This document shows positions 51,125-60,639 of a stretch of 64,000 nt of DNA, piece after piece. The notes under the pieces were generated by a model. It did not search any database and was not told the origin of the DNA. It saw only the letters and a program-made list of their open reading frames with translations. Source of the DNA: Methanotrichaceae archaeon (GTDB lineage: Archaea > Halobacteriota > Methanosarcinia > Methanotrichales > Methanotrichaceae); NCBI GenBank assembly GCA_963813075.1, contig CAWEXU010000005.1:96001-160000 (forward strand), read 5' to 3'. The stretch's first letter is position 1; each line of letters starts with the position of its first letter. The position numbers and the translations under genes were made by a program.

Positions 51125-51511
51125 GTCAACTACCGCGTCCTGAAGGGCGTGGCTTGCCTCTACGCAAAAAGTCGCGAGGCGCAAGGGTGGCTGACTCTTC
51201 ATGCTGACTACACTGTGGCACGATAATGTTGTGCTGGCACCCCAGGCACGGGAAGAGGCTTCATCTGTCAGCAATCCACCAGATTCCTTGCGGAATCTCG
51301 TGCTTCCGATGCCGTGTCTGTTCGATTTGCTGGTACGAGTCAGTTAAGCCGTGTGTCTGTTCCTCGTCAAAACGAGGGGAAGTGCCCAACCATATCGAAT
51401 GGTCTGACTCTAGCAATAGACAACAGGAGACAGATTTGTGAGCATAAATAACTTACGGGAGTCGCCCAATTAATCCCCACCCTGAAGGATGGGGACTCCT
51501 TGGGCAACAAG
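51125..51511 (+). mobile_element. Non-autonomous IS200/IS605-family element with IscB/HEARO-type ends and structured RNA interior
   Basis: Left end GTCAACTACCGCGTCCTGAAGGGCGTGGCTTG; right end CAATTAATCCCCACCCTGAAGGATGGGGACTCCTTG; no target duplication; removal restores GTA GCG GC|T TGA. Confidence 0.85.
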
Positions 51512-51810
51512 TTGAGATATTCCTGACGTCAGTGGCTGCCGCATGTAGACCGCGATCAGTCGGAATACTCCCATACGACCCACCGGGATTGCCCCGCATG
51601 AAGGTGCACTTCCGGAGCCAGAGCGATGGCCCGCATGGATGTGAAGCTTCCTCATGCGAGGGCAAAAACCGCGCTTCGCCCTCTTTTCCGATTCCAGAGC
51701 GCTTTGCGAGAAAAAAATCGATTTCTGCAATCGAAAAAGCTTAAGAGCGATTAGAGCGGAATATTGATCATGATAAATAATGCAAAATCCGTTCTAAATG
51801 GAGTTCCGCC

Positions 51811-52350
51811 ATGACAGTCACCTTTGATCCTCACACCAGAATGAAGCATCTGGAGGAGTATGTTCTCAAGATTCACCTTAAGCTCCCCCTGGAGGAGGCC
51901 AGGGTGCAGCTCTTGAGATGCAGGATTGTGGCCTACGGCCTGATCGCTGAGATAGCCGAGGAAGGTTACGACAAAGAGTATGTCGACCGGATCTTCGCCC
52001 GAGCTTATCAGAACCTCTCCGACCTCGCCGGCCGGGATATACCGGATCCCTTCTGTGAGCCCTGCACCGGCCAGTACCAGCTTCTGGATGAGCTTATGTC
52101 CTATGGCCAGATGGATCTTCCCGAGCCGTTCCTGCGATTCATCCGGGCGGAGTTCAAGAAGGCGTTCATCCCCACCATGAGGCTCCTGACCGAGCTGTGC
52201 TCATCTGAGAACAAGTACTCCTGGGAGGAGGTAAAGCTGCAGCTTTTGGAGATCATGGACCGCTTGAGGGTGGATGTGACAATGGAAGAGTGCGAGGAGA
52301 AGCTGGAGAGGTATCTGAAAAAGATCGGTGGAACCATTTATATCAATTGA
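51811..52350 (+). CDS. Hypothetical alpha-helical protein
   Basis: 179-aa ORF with typical codon usage. Confidence 0.75.
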   Translation: MTVTFDPHTRMKHLEEYVLKIHLKLPLEEARVQLLRCRIVAYGLIAEIAEEGYDKEYVDRIFARAYQNLSDLAGRDIPDPFCEPCTGQYQLLDELMSYGQMDLPEPFLRFIRAEFKKAFIPTMRLLTELCSSENKYSWEEVKLQLLEIMDRLRVDVTMEECEEKLERYLKKIGGTIYIN

Positions 52351-52368
52351 GCTCTTTCAGGACAATTC

Positions 52369-53883
52369 ATGAATACCAGGGGCATGAATACCAGGGGCAA
52401 AAAAATAGAAGCTCAGAACCGGACCGTCCTGCAGAAAGTGGCCAGAGGAATAATGCTCATGCGAGGACTTCAAACCGATTTCTCGCCGGAGGCCCTCTCC
52501 GAGCTCGCCCGGATCAACGGCCCGGCCACAGCGGATGGCTCACCCCATATACGCGACCTGAGAGGACCACTGTGGGCCTCCATAGATAACGATGACTCAG
52601 AAGACCTGGATCAGCTCACAGTGGCCGAGCCGCTGGACGACGGAAACACCAGGATCCGGGTAGCAGTGGCGGACGTGGACAGCCTGGTCCATAAGGACTC
52701 GGCCATCGATCGGGATGCCCAGGCCAACACCACCTCCGTCTATACCGCGGCCCAGATCTTTCCCATGCTCCCCCTGAAGCTATCCACCAACCTCACCTCT
52801 CTGAACCTGAACCAGGACCGCCTGGCGGTAGTGGTGGATATGACGGTCGCCCCGGACGGCTCGCTGGTCGACTCCGATGTCTACCGGGCAGTGGTGCACA
52901 ATCATGCCAAGCTGGCCTACAACAGCGTGGCCGCCTGGCTGGAGGGAAAAGATCCCATGCCTGAGGCGGTCAGCGCCGTGGAAGGACTGGCCGAGAACCT
53001 GCTCCTCCAGGATAAGGTGGCCCAGAATATGAAGAGCCTCCGCCATGCCCAGGGCGCTTTGAGCCTGGAGACCATTGAGGCCAAGCCGGTCTTCACGGGG
53101 GAGAGGATATCCGACCTATTGGTCGAGGAGACGAACCGGGCCAAGCAGATCATCGAGGACTTCATGATCGCCGCCAATGGAGTGACAGTCCGCTATCTCA
53201 CGGAGCGAAATATGCCCTCCATTCGCAGGGTGGTGCGGGTTCCCAAAAGATGGGACCGGATCGTCCAGATCGCCGCTCAGCATGCCTTCAAGCTCCCTGC
53301 TAACCCCAGCTCCAGAAAGCTGGAGATATTCCTGAACATGATGAAGAAGAAGGATCCGCTCCGCTTTCCCGATCTATCCCTGGCCGTAATCAAGCTCCTG
53401 GGAAATGGAGAGTATGTGGCTGAACTGCCCGGGAAAGAGCCCATCGGCCACTTCGGCCTGGCGGTCAAGGACTATGCCCACTCCACCGCCCCCAACCGGC
53501 GCTATCCCGATCTGATCACCCAGAGACTGCTCAAGGCGGCCATTGAGAAAAAGCCCCTGCCCTACAAAATAGGTGAGCTGGACCGGCTGGCCGATCACTG
53601 CACCCGGAAAGAGGATATTGTGGCCAAAGTCGAGCGGCAGGTGAGCAAGTCCGCTGCTGCACTTCTGCTGGAGCCAAGAATCGGAGAGAGGTTTTCCGCC
53701 ATGGTCACCGGCTCATCAGAGAAGGGCACCTGGGTGCGGCTGCTGGACATTCCGGTGGAAGGGATGCTCAAAGGAAAAAGAAAGGGAATCGATGTGGGAG
53801 ACGAGGTCACTGTGGAGCTGGTCTCGGTGGATGTGAATCTTGGATTCATCGACTTCAAGCAAGTTGAGGATAGGATAGAATAG
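52369..53883 (+). CDS. RNB-domain exoribonuclease (RNase II/R family)
   Basis: SIDNDDSEDLD, IEDFMIAAN, HFGLA..YAHSTAPNRRYPDL, C-terminal S1; 15-nt tandem duplication at the start (52368-52397). Confidence 0.92.
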   Translation: MNTRGMNTRGKKIEAQNRTVLQKVARGIMLMRGLQTDFSPEALSELARINGPATADGSPHIRDLRGPLWASIDNDDSEDLDQLTVAEPLDDGNTRIRVAVADVDSLVHKDSAIDRDAQANTTSVYTAAQIFPMLPLKLSTNLTSLNLNQDRLAVVVDMTVAPDGSLVDSDVYRAVVHNHAKLAYNSVAAWLEGKDPMPEAVSAVEGLAENLLLQDKVAQNMKSLRHAQGALSLETIEAKPVFTGERISDLLVEETNRAKQIIEDFMIAANGVTVRYLTERNMPSIRRVVRVPKRWDRIVQIAAQHAFKLPANPSSRKLEIFLNMMKKKDPLRFPDLSLAVIKLLGNGEYVAELPGKEPIGHFGLAVKDYAHSTAPNRRYPDLITQRLLKAAIEKKPLPYKIGELDRLADHCTRKEDIVAKVERQVSKSAAALLLEPRIGERFSAMVTGSSEKGTWVRLLDIPVEGMLKGKRKGIDVGDEVTVELVSVDVNLGFIDFKQVEDRIE

Positions 53884-54401
53884 GACGATCGAATAAGCCT
53901 GTCAAAGGGGATGGATCCAGATGGGTCTATCCCCAAAACAGCCTATACAAGAGCGGTTGATAACCGGATATCTGGCTAGAAAATAAGCTGCACTGCATAA
54001 TACTCTTCTCTTACTACTCCTCCTGCACAGAAATCTTCCCCAATTCTGTCCCCGCCGGCACCAGTCCCGGGTAGATCAGATCGTACAGCTCGCAGTTGAA
54101 GAAGGGGGTCAAGGGCGATCCCTTCGGTAGGACAAATTTGCCCATTCTCTCCATTAAGTTTACCGTTCACGTTTTGTTCCATTATTTCCCTATTGTGTCA
54201 TATCAATTCAAATAGATCGAAGACCATAACCAATCATTGCAGGCTTTACGGCCAATCTTGGCCGGATAGAGTTCTCCTTTGAAAGCCAGCATTGTGCACC
54301 ACCAGGTTAGAGTGCTGAGATCTGTATGCCAACAAGACGACCATCGATATTTGATGTGTAAATGAAAATTGATCGATCATATGAGCTAAAAAGGAGGATT
54401 T

Positions 54402-54698
54402 ATGGCAGAAAAAGTAGTATCTCCTGATGTCTGTGTGTTCAGCGACGAAAATTTTGAGACCATGAACATTCAGATTGAGCTTCCGGGCGTCGATAAGGAT
54501 AATATCGATCTGCATTTCTATGAAGACGGGTTCTATGTAGTGGCCAGGGGGGAAAATGCGAAGTACATGAGTTCCTATTCCCTGATCTTCCCCGTAGAGC
54601 CCGATGGTGCGATCGCCAATTATGCCAATGGACTTCTTACAGTCAACGTGCCATACAAGAAGCCTTTTTTGCCGGGGGTAAAGGTGAAGATCGACTAA
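54402..54698 (+). CDS. Hsp20/alpha-crystallin protein
   Basis: IELPGVDK..I, A.Y.NGLL.V.VP. Confidence 0.9.
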   Translation: MAEKVVSPDVCVFSDENFETMNIQIELPGVDKDNIDLHFYEDGFYVVARGENAKYMSSYSLIFPVEPDGAIANYANGLLTVNVPYKKPFLPGVKVKID

Positions 54699-54778
54699 GT
54701 TTGGAAAAGAACTGGATGAATGTTCCTGAATTGATATGAAAAAATAATTGATTGGAAATAAAGGGGAAAGGTGAGAGT

Positions 54779-55117
54779 ATGATTGGAGTCTGTCCAGGCT
54801 GCGGAAAGCCGTTTAAAATAGAGAACGCGGAAAGTGGAGAAGTAGTCTACTGCGAGGATGTATGCATCAATCCGGCTGCCATGCCCACCGGAGAGAGATT
54901 GATGCCAGACCAGGCCACGAAATTGTATGTGGATGGAAACATGCGAGAGATGAAACGGCAGGATTACATTCAGATGCATGGCTTTGATCCCGAACCGGTG
55001 ATGCAGGCGGTCAATAAGTGGAGAGAAGAGCAGGTGAGAAAATGGGCCTCTTCCCAGGGCAATAGTCCTGATGAGGTCGAGGAATGGATTCGAAGGCTGT
55101 CGGTTAAGAGGGCCTGA
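54779..55117 (+). CDS. Hypothetical protein with CxxC...CxxxC
   Basis: CPGCG...CEDVC; RBS-like AGGTGA. Confidence 0.65.
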   Translation: MIGVCPGCGKPFKIENAESGEVVYCEDVCINPAAMPTGERLMPDQATKLYVDGNMREMKRQDYIQMHGFDPEPVMQAVNKWREEQVRKWASSQGNSPDEVEEWIRRLSVKRA

Positions 55118-55158
55118 TAGATTATCATGACTTAATCTTGATCGAAATGGTGATAGAG

Positions 55159-55371
55159 ATGGAATGCTGCGATATTGTGAGAAACTTTCTTGAAGGCAGG
55201 AAAGGAAAAGAGATAAGGGTGCTGGTAGAAGGGGGAAGGTTCCAGCCAGTGTCCGGAACGCTTGCCGATTTCAACGAGTCCGCCCTGGTAATCCAGCAGA
55301 AGGATGGAACACAATATCTGTTCGACCTCGATTATGTGATCAGCGTAGCAGATGCAGAGGCGGGTGATTAG
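55159..55371 (+). CDS. Small hypothetical beta-rich (Sm-like?) protein
   Basis: G.EIRVLVEG...GTL.DF....LVI pattern. Confidence 0.6.
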   Translation: MECCDIVRNFLEGRKGKEIRVLVEGGRFQPVSGTLADFNESALVIQQKDGTQYLFDLDYVISVADAEAGD

Positions 55372-55479
55372 AGAGATAGAGTACACAAATAATTTTTTGC
55401 AAAAGATCGAATAAGCTCCAGATTGAGAATAAATCAAAGCAATTTCGTTAGGCTGCACCCAATCGGAGGTAAAGCAATC

Positions 55480-56853
55480 ATGCTCTTCGAGAGAATCGTC
55501 TCTACTGGTCTGGCCCACTACTCATACCTTATCGGCGACAGAAATGAAGCAGTTGTGATCGACCCCAGAAGAGACTGCGAGGTATACATCAAGAAGGCAA
55601 CCGCCGAGGGCATGAGGATAACCCATATTCTTGAGACCCATCGCAATGAGGATTATTTTGTTGGCACCACTGCACTGGCCAGGCGCACGGGAGCAGAGGT
55701 CTGGCATGCGGATCCGCAATGGGACTACAGATATGGGAAGGCCGCAAGCCCGGGCCAGAGATGGCGGGTGGGCAGACTGGAGGTCGAGGCGCTCTTTACC
55801 CCCGGGCACACTCCCGGCAGCCTGAGCTATCTGCTGCGAGATCCAGACGGCCTGGCCTGGACGGTCTTCACCGGCGATGCTCTTTTTGCCGGTGATGTAG
55901 GCCGGATCGACCTGTTGGGACAGGAGAGAGCAGAGGAGATGGCGGGTCTGCTGTATGATAGCATCTTTCAGACTCTCCTCCCCCTGGGGGATGGTATTTT
56001 GGTCTGCCCGGCCCATGGAGCAGGATCCGTCTGCGGCGAATCCATAGCTGAAAGGCTCTGGACCAGTATCGGCCTGGAGAGGCTGTACAACCCCCGTCTG
56101 AAGACAAAAAGAAAAGAGGAGTTCGTAAATTCCCTGTTAAAAGCCCATCTGGAAAGACCGCCCTATTTCAGCACAATGGAGAAGGTCAATTTGGAGGGCA
56201 AGCCAATTTTGGAGACAATTCCACAGCTCAAACCCCTTTCAGCGCCTGATTTTGCCGCCCTGGCCGATGAAGCTATGATCCTTGACACCAGAATGGAGCT
56301 GGGATACTCTGCCGCTCACGTTCCCAACTCCATGTCCATCTGGTCAGGCGGGCTGGCAAGCTTTGCGGGATGGTTTCTCAGCTACGAAAAGCCCATTCTG
56401 CTGGTGGCAGAGGGAAATGATACCGAGGACGTGGTGCGCATTCTCCTCCGCCTGGGCTTCGATGATATCACCGGTTTTTTGGCGGGTGGGATGCTCAGCT
56501 GGCATAAGGCAGGATTGCAGTCCGATTTCCAGCCTACTATAAGTGTTTCGGATTTCTGCCAGCTGCTGGATGAGGATCTTTCTCCCTGGATACTGGACGT
56601 AAGAAGCGAGGCAGAGCTGGTGAGGGAGGGGACGATTCCGGGTGCGCATCATATTCACATCACCCAGATTGGGGAGCGAATAGAACTGCTGCCAAAAAAC
56701 AGAAAGATCTATATTTTCTGTGGCAGCGGCCTGCGCTCCATGATCGCTGCCAGCTACCTCAAAAGGCATGGCTGGACGGATCTGGTGGTCATCCTGGGTG
56801 GCATGGCTGGCTGGAGGTCGATCAACTGCCCAATCATAAGACCCGCGAATTGA
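55480..56853 (+). CDS. MBL-fold hydrolase-rhodanese fusion (persulfide dioxygenase/CstB-like)
   Basis: ETHRNEDY, TPGHT, TGDALF.GDVGR, PAHGAGS.CG, two rhodanese domains, CGSGLRS. Confidence 0.88.
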   Translation: MLFERIVSTGLAHYSYLIGDRNEAVVIDPRRDCEVYIKKATAEGMRITHILETHRNEDYFVGTTALARRTGAEVWHADPQWDYRYGKAASPGQRWRVGRLEVEALFTPGHTPGSLSYLLRDPDGLAWTVFTGDALFAGDVGRIDLLGQERAEEMAGLLYDSIFQTLLPLGDGILVCPAHGAGSVCGESIAERLWTSIGLERLYNPRLKTKRKEEFVNSLLKAHLERPPYFSTMEKVNLEGKPILETIPQLKPLSAPDFAALADEAMILDTRMELGYSAAHVPNSMSIWSGGLASFAGWFLSYEKPILLVAEGNDTEDVVRILLRLGFDDITGFLAGGMLSWHKAGLQSDFQPTISVSDFCQLLDEDLSPWILDVRSEAELVREGTIPGAHHIHITQIGERIELLPKNRKIYIFCGSGLRSMIAASYLKRHGWTDLVVILGGMAGWRSINCPIIRPAN

Positions 56854-56915
56854 AGCGCCTTCAGAAAAGACAGAATATCGGCAGAGGATAGCGAAAAATA
56901 AGGAAATGAGGATTT

Positions 56916-58481
56916 ATGATAAACAAATTCGGATTAGCTCTCATGACGATGCTTCTGGCATTATCCCTGGGATTGTCGTGGGGCGAAGATACACAGACTG
57001 CAAGCATATTGATCAGCGACTTTTCTTTCCAGCCTGATTCGATCACTGTTGCAGCCGGGAGCACCGTTGTCTGGACAAATGAGGATTCAGCGCCCCATAC
57101 GGTAACTGCTGATGACGGATCGTTCGAGTCCCCTCGGATGAATAGCGGCGGCAAATTTGAGCATACTTTCCCGCAGCCTGGGAGCTATGAATACCATTGC
57201 GCCATTCATCCTGCCATGAAGGGCGAGATCTCAGTCATCGAGGCCGAGGCTGTTTCCTCTACCTCTACGCCCGCCGTCGGGCTGGACCTGATAGCAGAAG
57301 GGCTGGTGGCTCCGATGGCATTCATGAGCGCGGGAGACGCAAGGATGTTCATCGTCGAGCAGACCGGCCTGATAAGATTGATGCAGGAGGATGGCACAAT
57401 TCTGGATGAGCCATTCATGGACTTGAGCGACAGGATGATTCCAATCTCACCAGGATACGACGAACGAGGTCTTTTGGGACTGGCCTTCCACCCCGAATTC
57501 TCCCAAAACGGACGGCTCTTTGTCTTCTACAGTGCGCCTTTAAGAGATGGCGCGCCAGAAGACTATAGCTGCACCAATCGCATATCCGAGTTCGTGGTCT
57601 CGGAGGAGAACCCAAATAAAGTGGACATGAACTCCGAGAGAATCCTGCTTGAGGTCGATAAGCCTCAGGGGAACCACAACGGAGGAGGGATCGCCTTTGG
57701 TCCGGATGGCTACCTCTACATTCCCCTGGGAGATGGAGGCGGAGCAGATGACGTGGGAATGGGCCATGCGCCAGAAGGAAATGGCCAATTTACCCAGACA
57801 TTTCTGGGCAAGATCCTGCGCATAGATGTGGACCGCCAGGATGACGGCCTGCCCTATGGCATACCGGCAGACAATCCATTCCTGGAAGATGAAGATATTC
57901 TCCCTGAAATCTGGGCACTGGGATTCAGGAACCCCTGGATGATCAGCTTCGATAAAGGGGAAGAGCACGATTTATTCGTCTCTGATGCCGGCCAGAACCT
58001 CTGGGAGGAGGTCGATCTCGTAACCAGTGGCGGCAATTATGGCTGGAATATCCGGGAGGGCACTCATTGCTTTGATCCCGATAACCCCAATGAATCCCCA
58101 GCCAGCTGTCCGGACACCGGATCCCGAGGCGAGCCGCTGATCGATCCGATTATCGAGTACGGACATGACCTGGGTACGGTGGTGGTTGGAGGTTACGTCT
58201 ACCGGGGCATGGCAATGCCTGAGATGGAAGGAAAGTACATCTTCGCCGACTGGTCCAATGACTTTGGGAAGGGGAATGGGACACTGCTCGTAGCCAGCCC
58301 CTCAACCGATGGCTTATGGGATTGGGAGGAAGTATCGGTAGCCGGCAGTTCCAGCGGCCGGATCGATGAGTTCATCCGCGGCTTCGGACAGGATGATGAG
58401 GGCGAGATTTATGTTCTCACCTCCAGCGAGATGGGGCCAGCTAATCAGACGGCAAAGATATTCAAGATGACTCCTCCCTGA
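56916..58481 (+). CDS. Secreted cupredoxin fused to PQQ-dependent sugar dehydrogenase (GSDH) beta-propeller
   Basis: Signal peptide; WTN.D..PHTV, YHCAIHPAM; ERGLLGLAFHP, NHNGG, GKILRID, GFRNPW, GGNYGW. Confidence 0.9.
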   Translation: MINKFGLALMTMLLALSLGLSWGEDTQTASILISDFSFQPDSITVAAGSTVVWTNEDSAPHTVTADDGSFESPRMNSGGKFEHTFPQPGSYEYHCAIHPAMKGEISVIEAEAVSSTSTPAVGLDLIAEGLVAPMAFMSAGDARMFIVEQTGLIRLMQEDGTILDEPFMDLSDRMIPISPGYDERGLLGLAFHPEFSQNGRLFVFYSAPLRDGAPEDYSCTNRISEFVVSEENPNKVDMNSERILLEVDKPQGNHNGGGIAFGPDGYLYIPLGDGGGADDVGMGHAPEGNGQFTQTFLGKILRIDVDRQDDGLPYGIPADNPFLEDEDILPEIWALGFRNPWMISFDKGEEHDLFVSDAGQNLWEEVDLVTSGGNYGWNIREGTHCFDPDNPNESPASCPDTGSRGEPLIDPIIEYGHDLGTVVVGGYVYRGMAMPEMEGKYIFADWSNDFGKGNGTLLVASPSTDGLWDWEEVSVAGSSSGRIDEFIRGFGQDDEGEIYVLTSSEMGPANQTAKIFKMTPP

Positions 58482-58721
58482 AGAGAGGAGAAGGGGATCC
58501 CCAAAATCCCCATTTTTATTTTTGGAGTTAACATTGATTCTGGTGGGGCGTAAAGGAAAGAGAGTTCAGCTCCAGGCATGCAGACATGTCACCTGGTCAG
58601 CATAGCGAGCTGGTGCGGGAGGGAATAAGTCTTTCGAAGCTTGCCGAACATCTGGAAAGATGTCATCCTGCCAAGAAAAATCCTGATAACGGATCTTGCA
58701 GGGCTTATCGATTGAATCTGA

Positions 58722-59030
58722 TCACGCATATCCCAGATTGAAGTCAATAGGCGTGGATTTTGAAGCAAATGAGCTGCCATGCTCCAGAGCATCTTCAGCG
58801 ATCTTCTTGAGGAGAGTAGGATAGATCTCCCCACGATATCTATCCTGGCAAATGCGATCTTTCCCTTGAACTCATCGGCATATTTCTCGAAATAGGGCAT
58901 CATGGCAATACTATGGGGGCAGGTGGGACTGAAAAACATCACCACTATCGTCTTTCCTTCTTTTTCAACCACCATCTCCCAGTTCAGATCATCGAGTTCA
59001 ATTATCGATCTACCACTGAAGATTTCTCTG
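58722..59030 (-). pseudogene. Thioredoxin-family pseudogene with internal deletion and CPHS site
   Basis: IIELDDLNWE..VVMFFSPTCPHS..FARIDIV jumps frame to GEIYPTLLKK...GYA*. Confidence 0.7.
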
Positions 59031-59045
59031 ATGCTTCAAAGGTCC

Positions 59046-60431
59046 TCAGATCTCTTGATTTGGCCGGACCTTATAGGCTATCCGAATAGTTATCAGACTG
59101 ATTAAAGAGAGGACGACAAAGGCAGCCAGGACCTGCTTCATGCTCAGCAGGAATGTTGGATATCTATCCGGAGTTATATTCGTACCCCCGAGATAGATAG
59201 CGAATCCGATGCTGACGATGGCCATGCTGGTGGAATTTCCAATTAGCCTCATGGTCTCGGCCAGGCTTGACCCCATGGCGTATCTGTCCTTTGATATTGA
59301 CCCTAAAATTATCTTCATCAATGGCGGATAGAAAAATGCCCCGCCTGCGGAGATCGAAATCATCTCAATCAATGCCAGCAGCAGAGGCGTATCGGAGGAG
59401 ATCAGGGACATGGGCAATAGGCCTGCCAGAGATATCATCACCCCCACAGTGGCAAGGAAATAGAGATTCATGCGGTCTGAGAGACGACCGGCATAAATGG
59501 TCAGGGCGGCAGTGACCAGGGTAGGTGCAAGGAGGAGCATTCCTGCTGACCGGGCATCGAATCCTTTGATGTACTGCAGATATAGGCTGAACAGGAAGAC
59601 AGCTCCCAGGTTGGACGCAGTATAAAGCATAATGGCCGCATTGGAGAGGGAAAAGCAGCGATTCAGTCGCAAGAGGTTCATATCAATCACGGGATAGCTG
59701 ATTTTAGATTGACGCATTATGTAAAGCGTTAATACTGCCATTCCAGCCAGGATAAGGAGGCCCCCCCTGAGGGAGGGGAGTTCTGTCAGTCCTCGGATGA
59801 ACAGAAATAGCTGCATTGCGATCAGTGCGGAGCCCAAACCATCGAACTTTTGTCCTTTGGATAACGCACATTCACCCGGAAGCCTGTAGCGTATCATTAA
59901 GGCCACAAAGAGGCTTATGGGAAGTGTCAAGAGGAAGATGAACCTCCAGTTAAAGTAGTAAGTTAAGATGCCCCCCAGAAAAAAACCCAGAGCGAAACCG
60001 GTGATATTTGAGGCGATGTTAATGCCCAGAGCCGCACCCCGTTCCCGTTCTGAGAGGGATAGGCTAAGGAGGGCAAAAGAGGTGCCGAAAACCATAGCTG
60101 CACCAAGGCCGGTCATAAAGCGAGCCATGATCAGAATCGGGGCCGATGGGGCAATAGCTGCGAATAGAGCAGATATAAAATAGATGCCAACGCCAATGGA
60201 AAAGACCCTCTTGATCCCGAATATATCTGCTAACCGTCCGAACGGTATCAAAAACATGGATGCGGCCAGAAAGAAGACCGTGGCCAGCCAGCTCATGGCA
60301 ACGGCGTTCATCCCGAACTCAACTCCAATGGTGGGAATGGCTACGGTAAGGGCGGATACCATGAATGGAGCCAGGAACGAGCCGCCGGCGGAGATCACCA
60401 GAAGATGCATTTTAGCAGGAGATGGAGTCAT
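59046..60431 (-). CDS. MFS transporter (14-TM DHA2-like)
   Basis: GRLADIFG.KR, ARF..G.G.A, ERG.ALG, GRLSDR. Confidence 0.92.
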   Translation of the reverse strand: MTPSPAKMHLLVISAGGSFLAPFMVSALTVAIPTIGVEFGMNAVAMSWLATVFFLAASMFLIPFGRLADIFGIKRVFSIGVGIYFISALFAAIAPSAPILIMARFMTGLGAAMVFGTSFALLSLSLSERERGAALGINIASNITGFALGFFLGGILTYYFNWRFIFLLTLPISLFVALMIRYRLPGECALSKGQKFDGLGSALIAMQLFLFIRGLTELPSLRGGLLILAGMAVLTLYIMRQSKISYPVIDMNLLRLNRCFSLSNAAIMLYTASNLGAVFLFSLYLQYIKGFDARSAGMLLLAPTLVTAALTIYAGRLSDRMNLYFLATVGVMISLAGLLPMSLISSDTPLLLALIEMISISAGGAFFYPPLMKIILGSISKDRYAMGSSLAETMRLIGNSTSMAIVSIGFAIYLGGTNITPDRYPTFLLSMKQVLAAFVVLSLISLITIRIAYKVRPNQEI

Positions 60432-60639
60432 GTAATTTCGTATTGACGTTGGCGTCTTCAGAGGATAAATTTTTGCGTTAGATAGATAAACGATCAGGGA
60501 TTAATATTGATAGGAATTTGCATACCCGACCCATGTCCACACAAAAACGCATATGGATATAGTATAATTGGGATTGCATCTGCAAGAGACTTAAAGGCAT
60601 ATTGCGGCTTATCCGCTTAAGAATGGAGGCTTTTCAAAT

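Noticed and set aside
51125..51511. Group I intron (IStron), or the 71-aa ORF 51226..51441 as a gene
   Set aside because: No complete P7 (R/S) pair found; the ORF resembles no family I recognise and overlaps the paired regions
53976..54182. 68-aa minus-strand ORF
   Set aside because: No recognisable motif; cannot be supported as a gene
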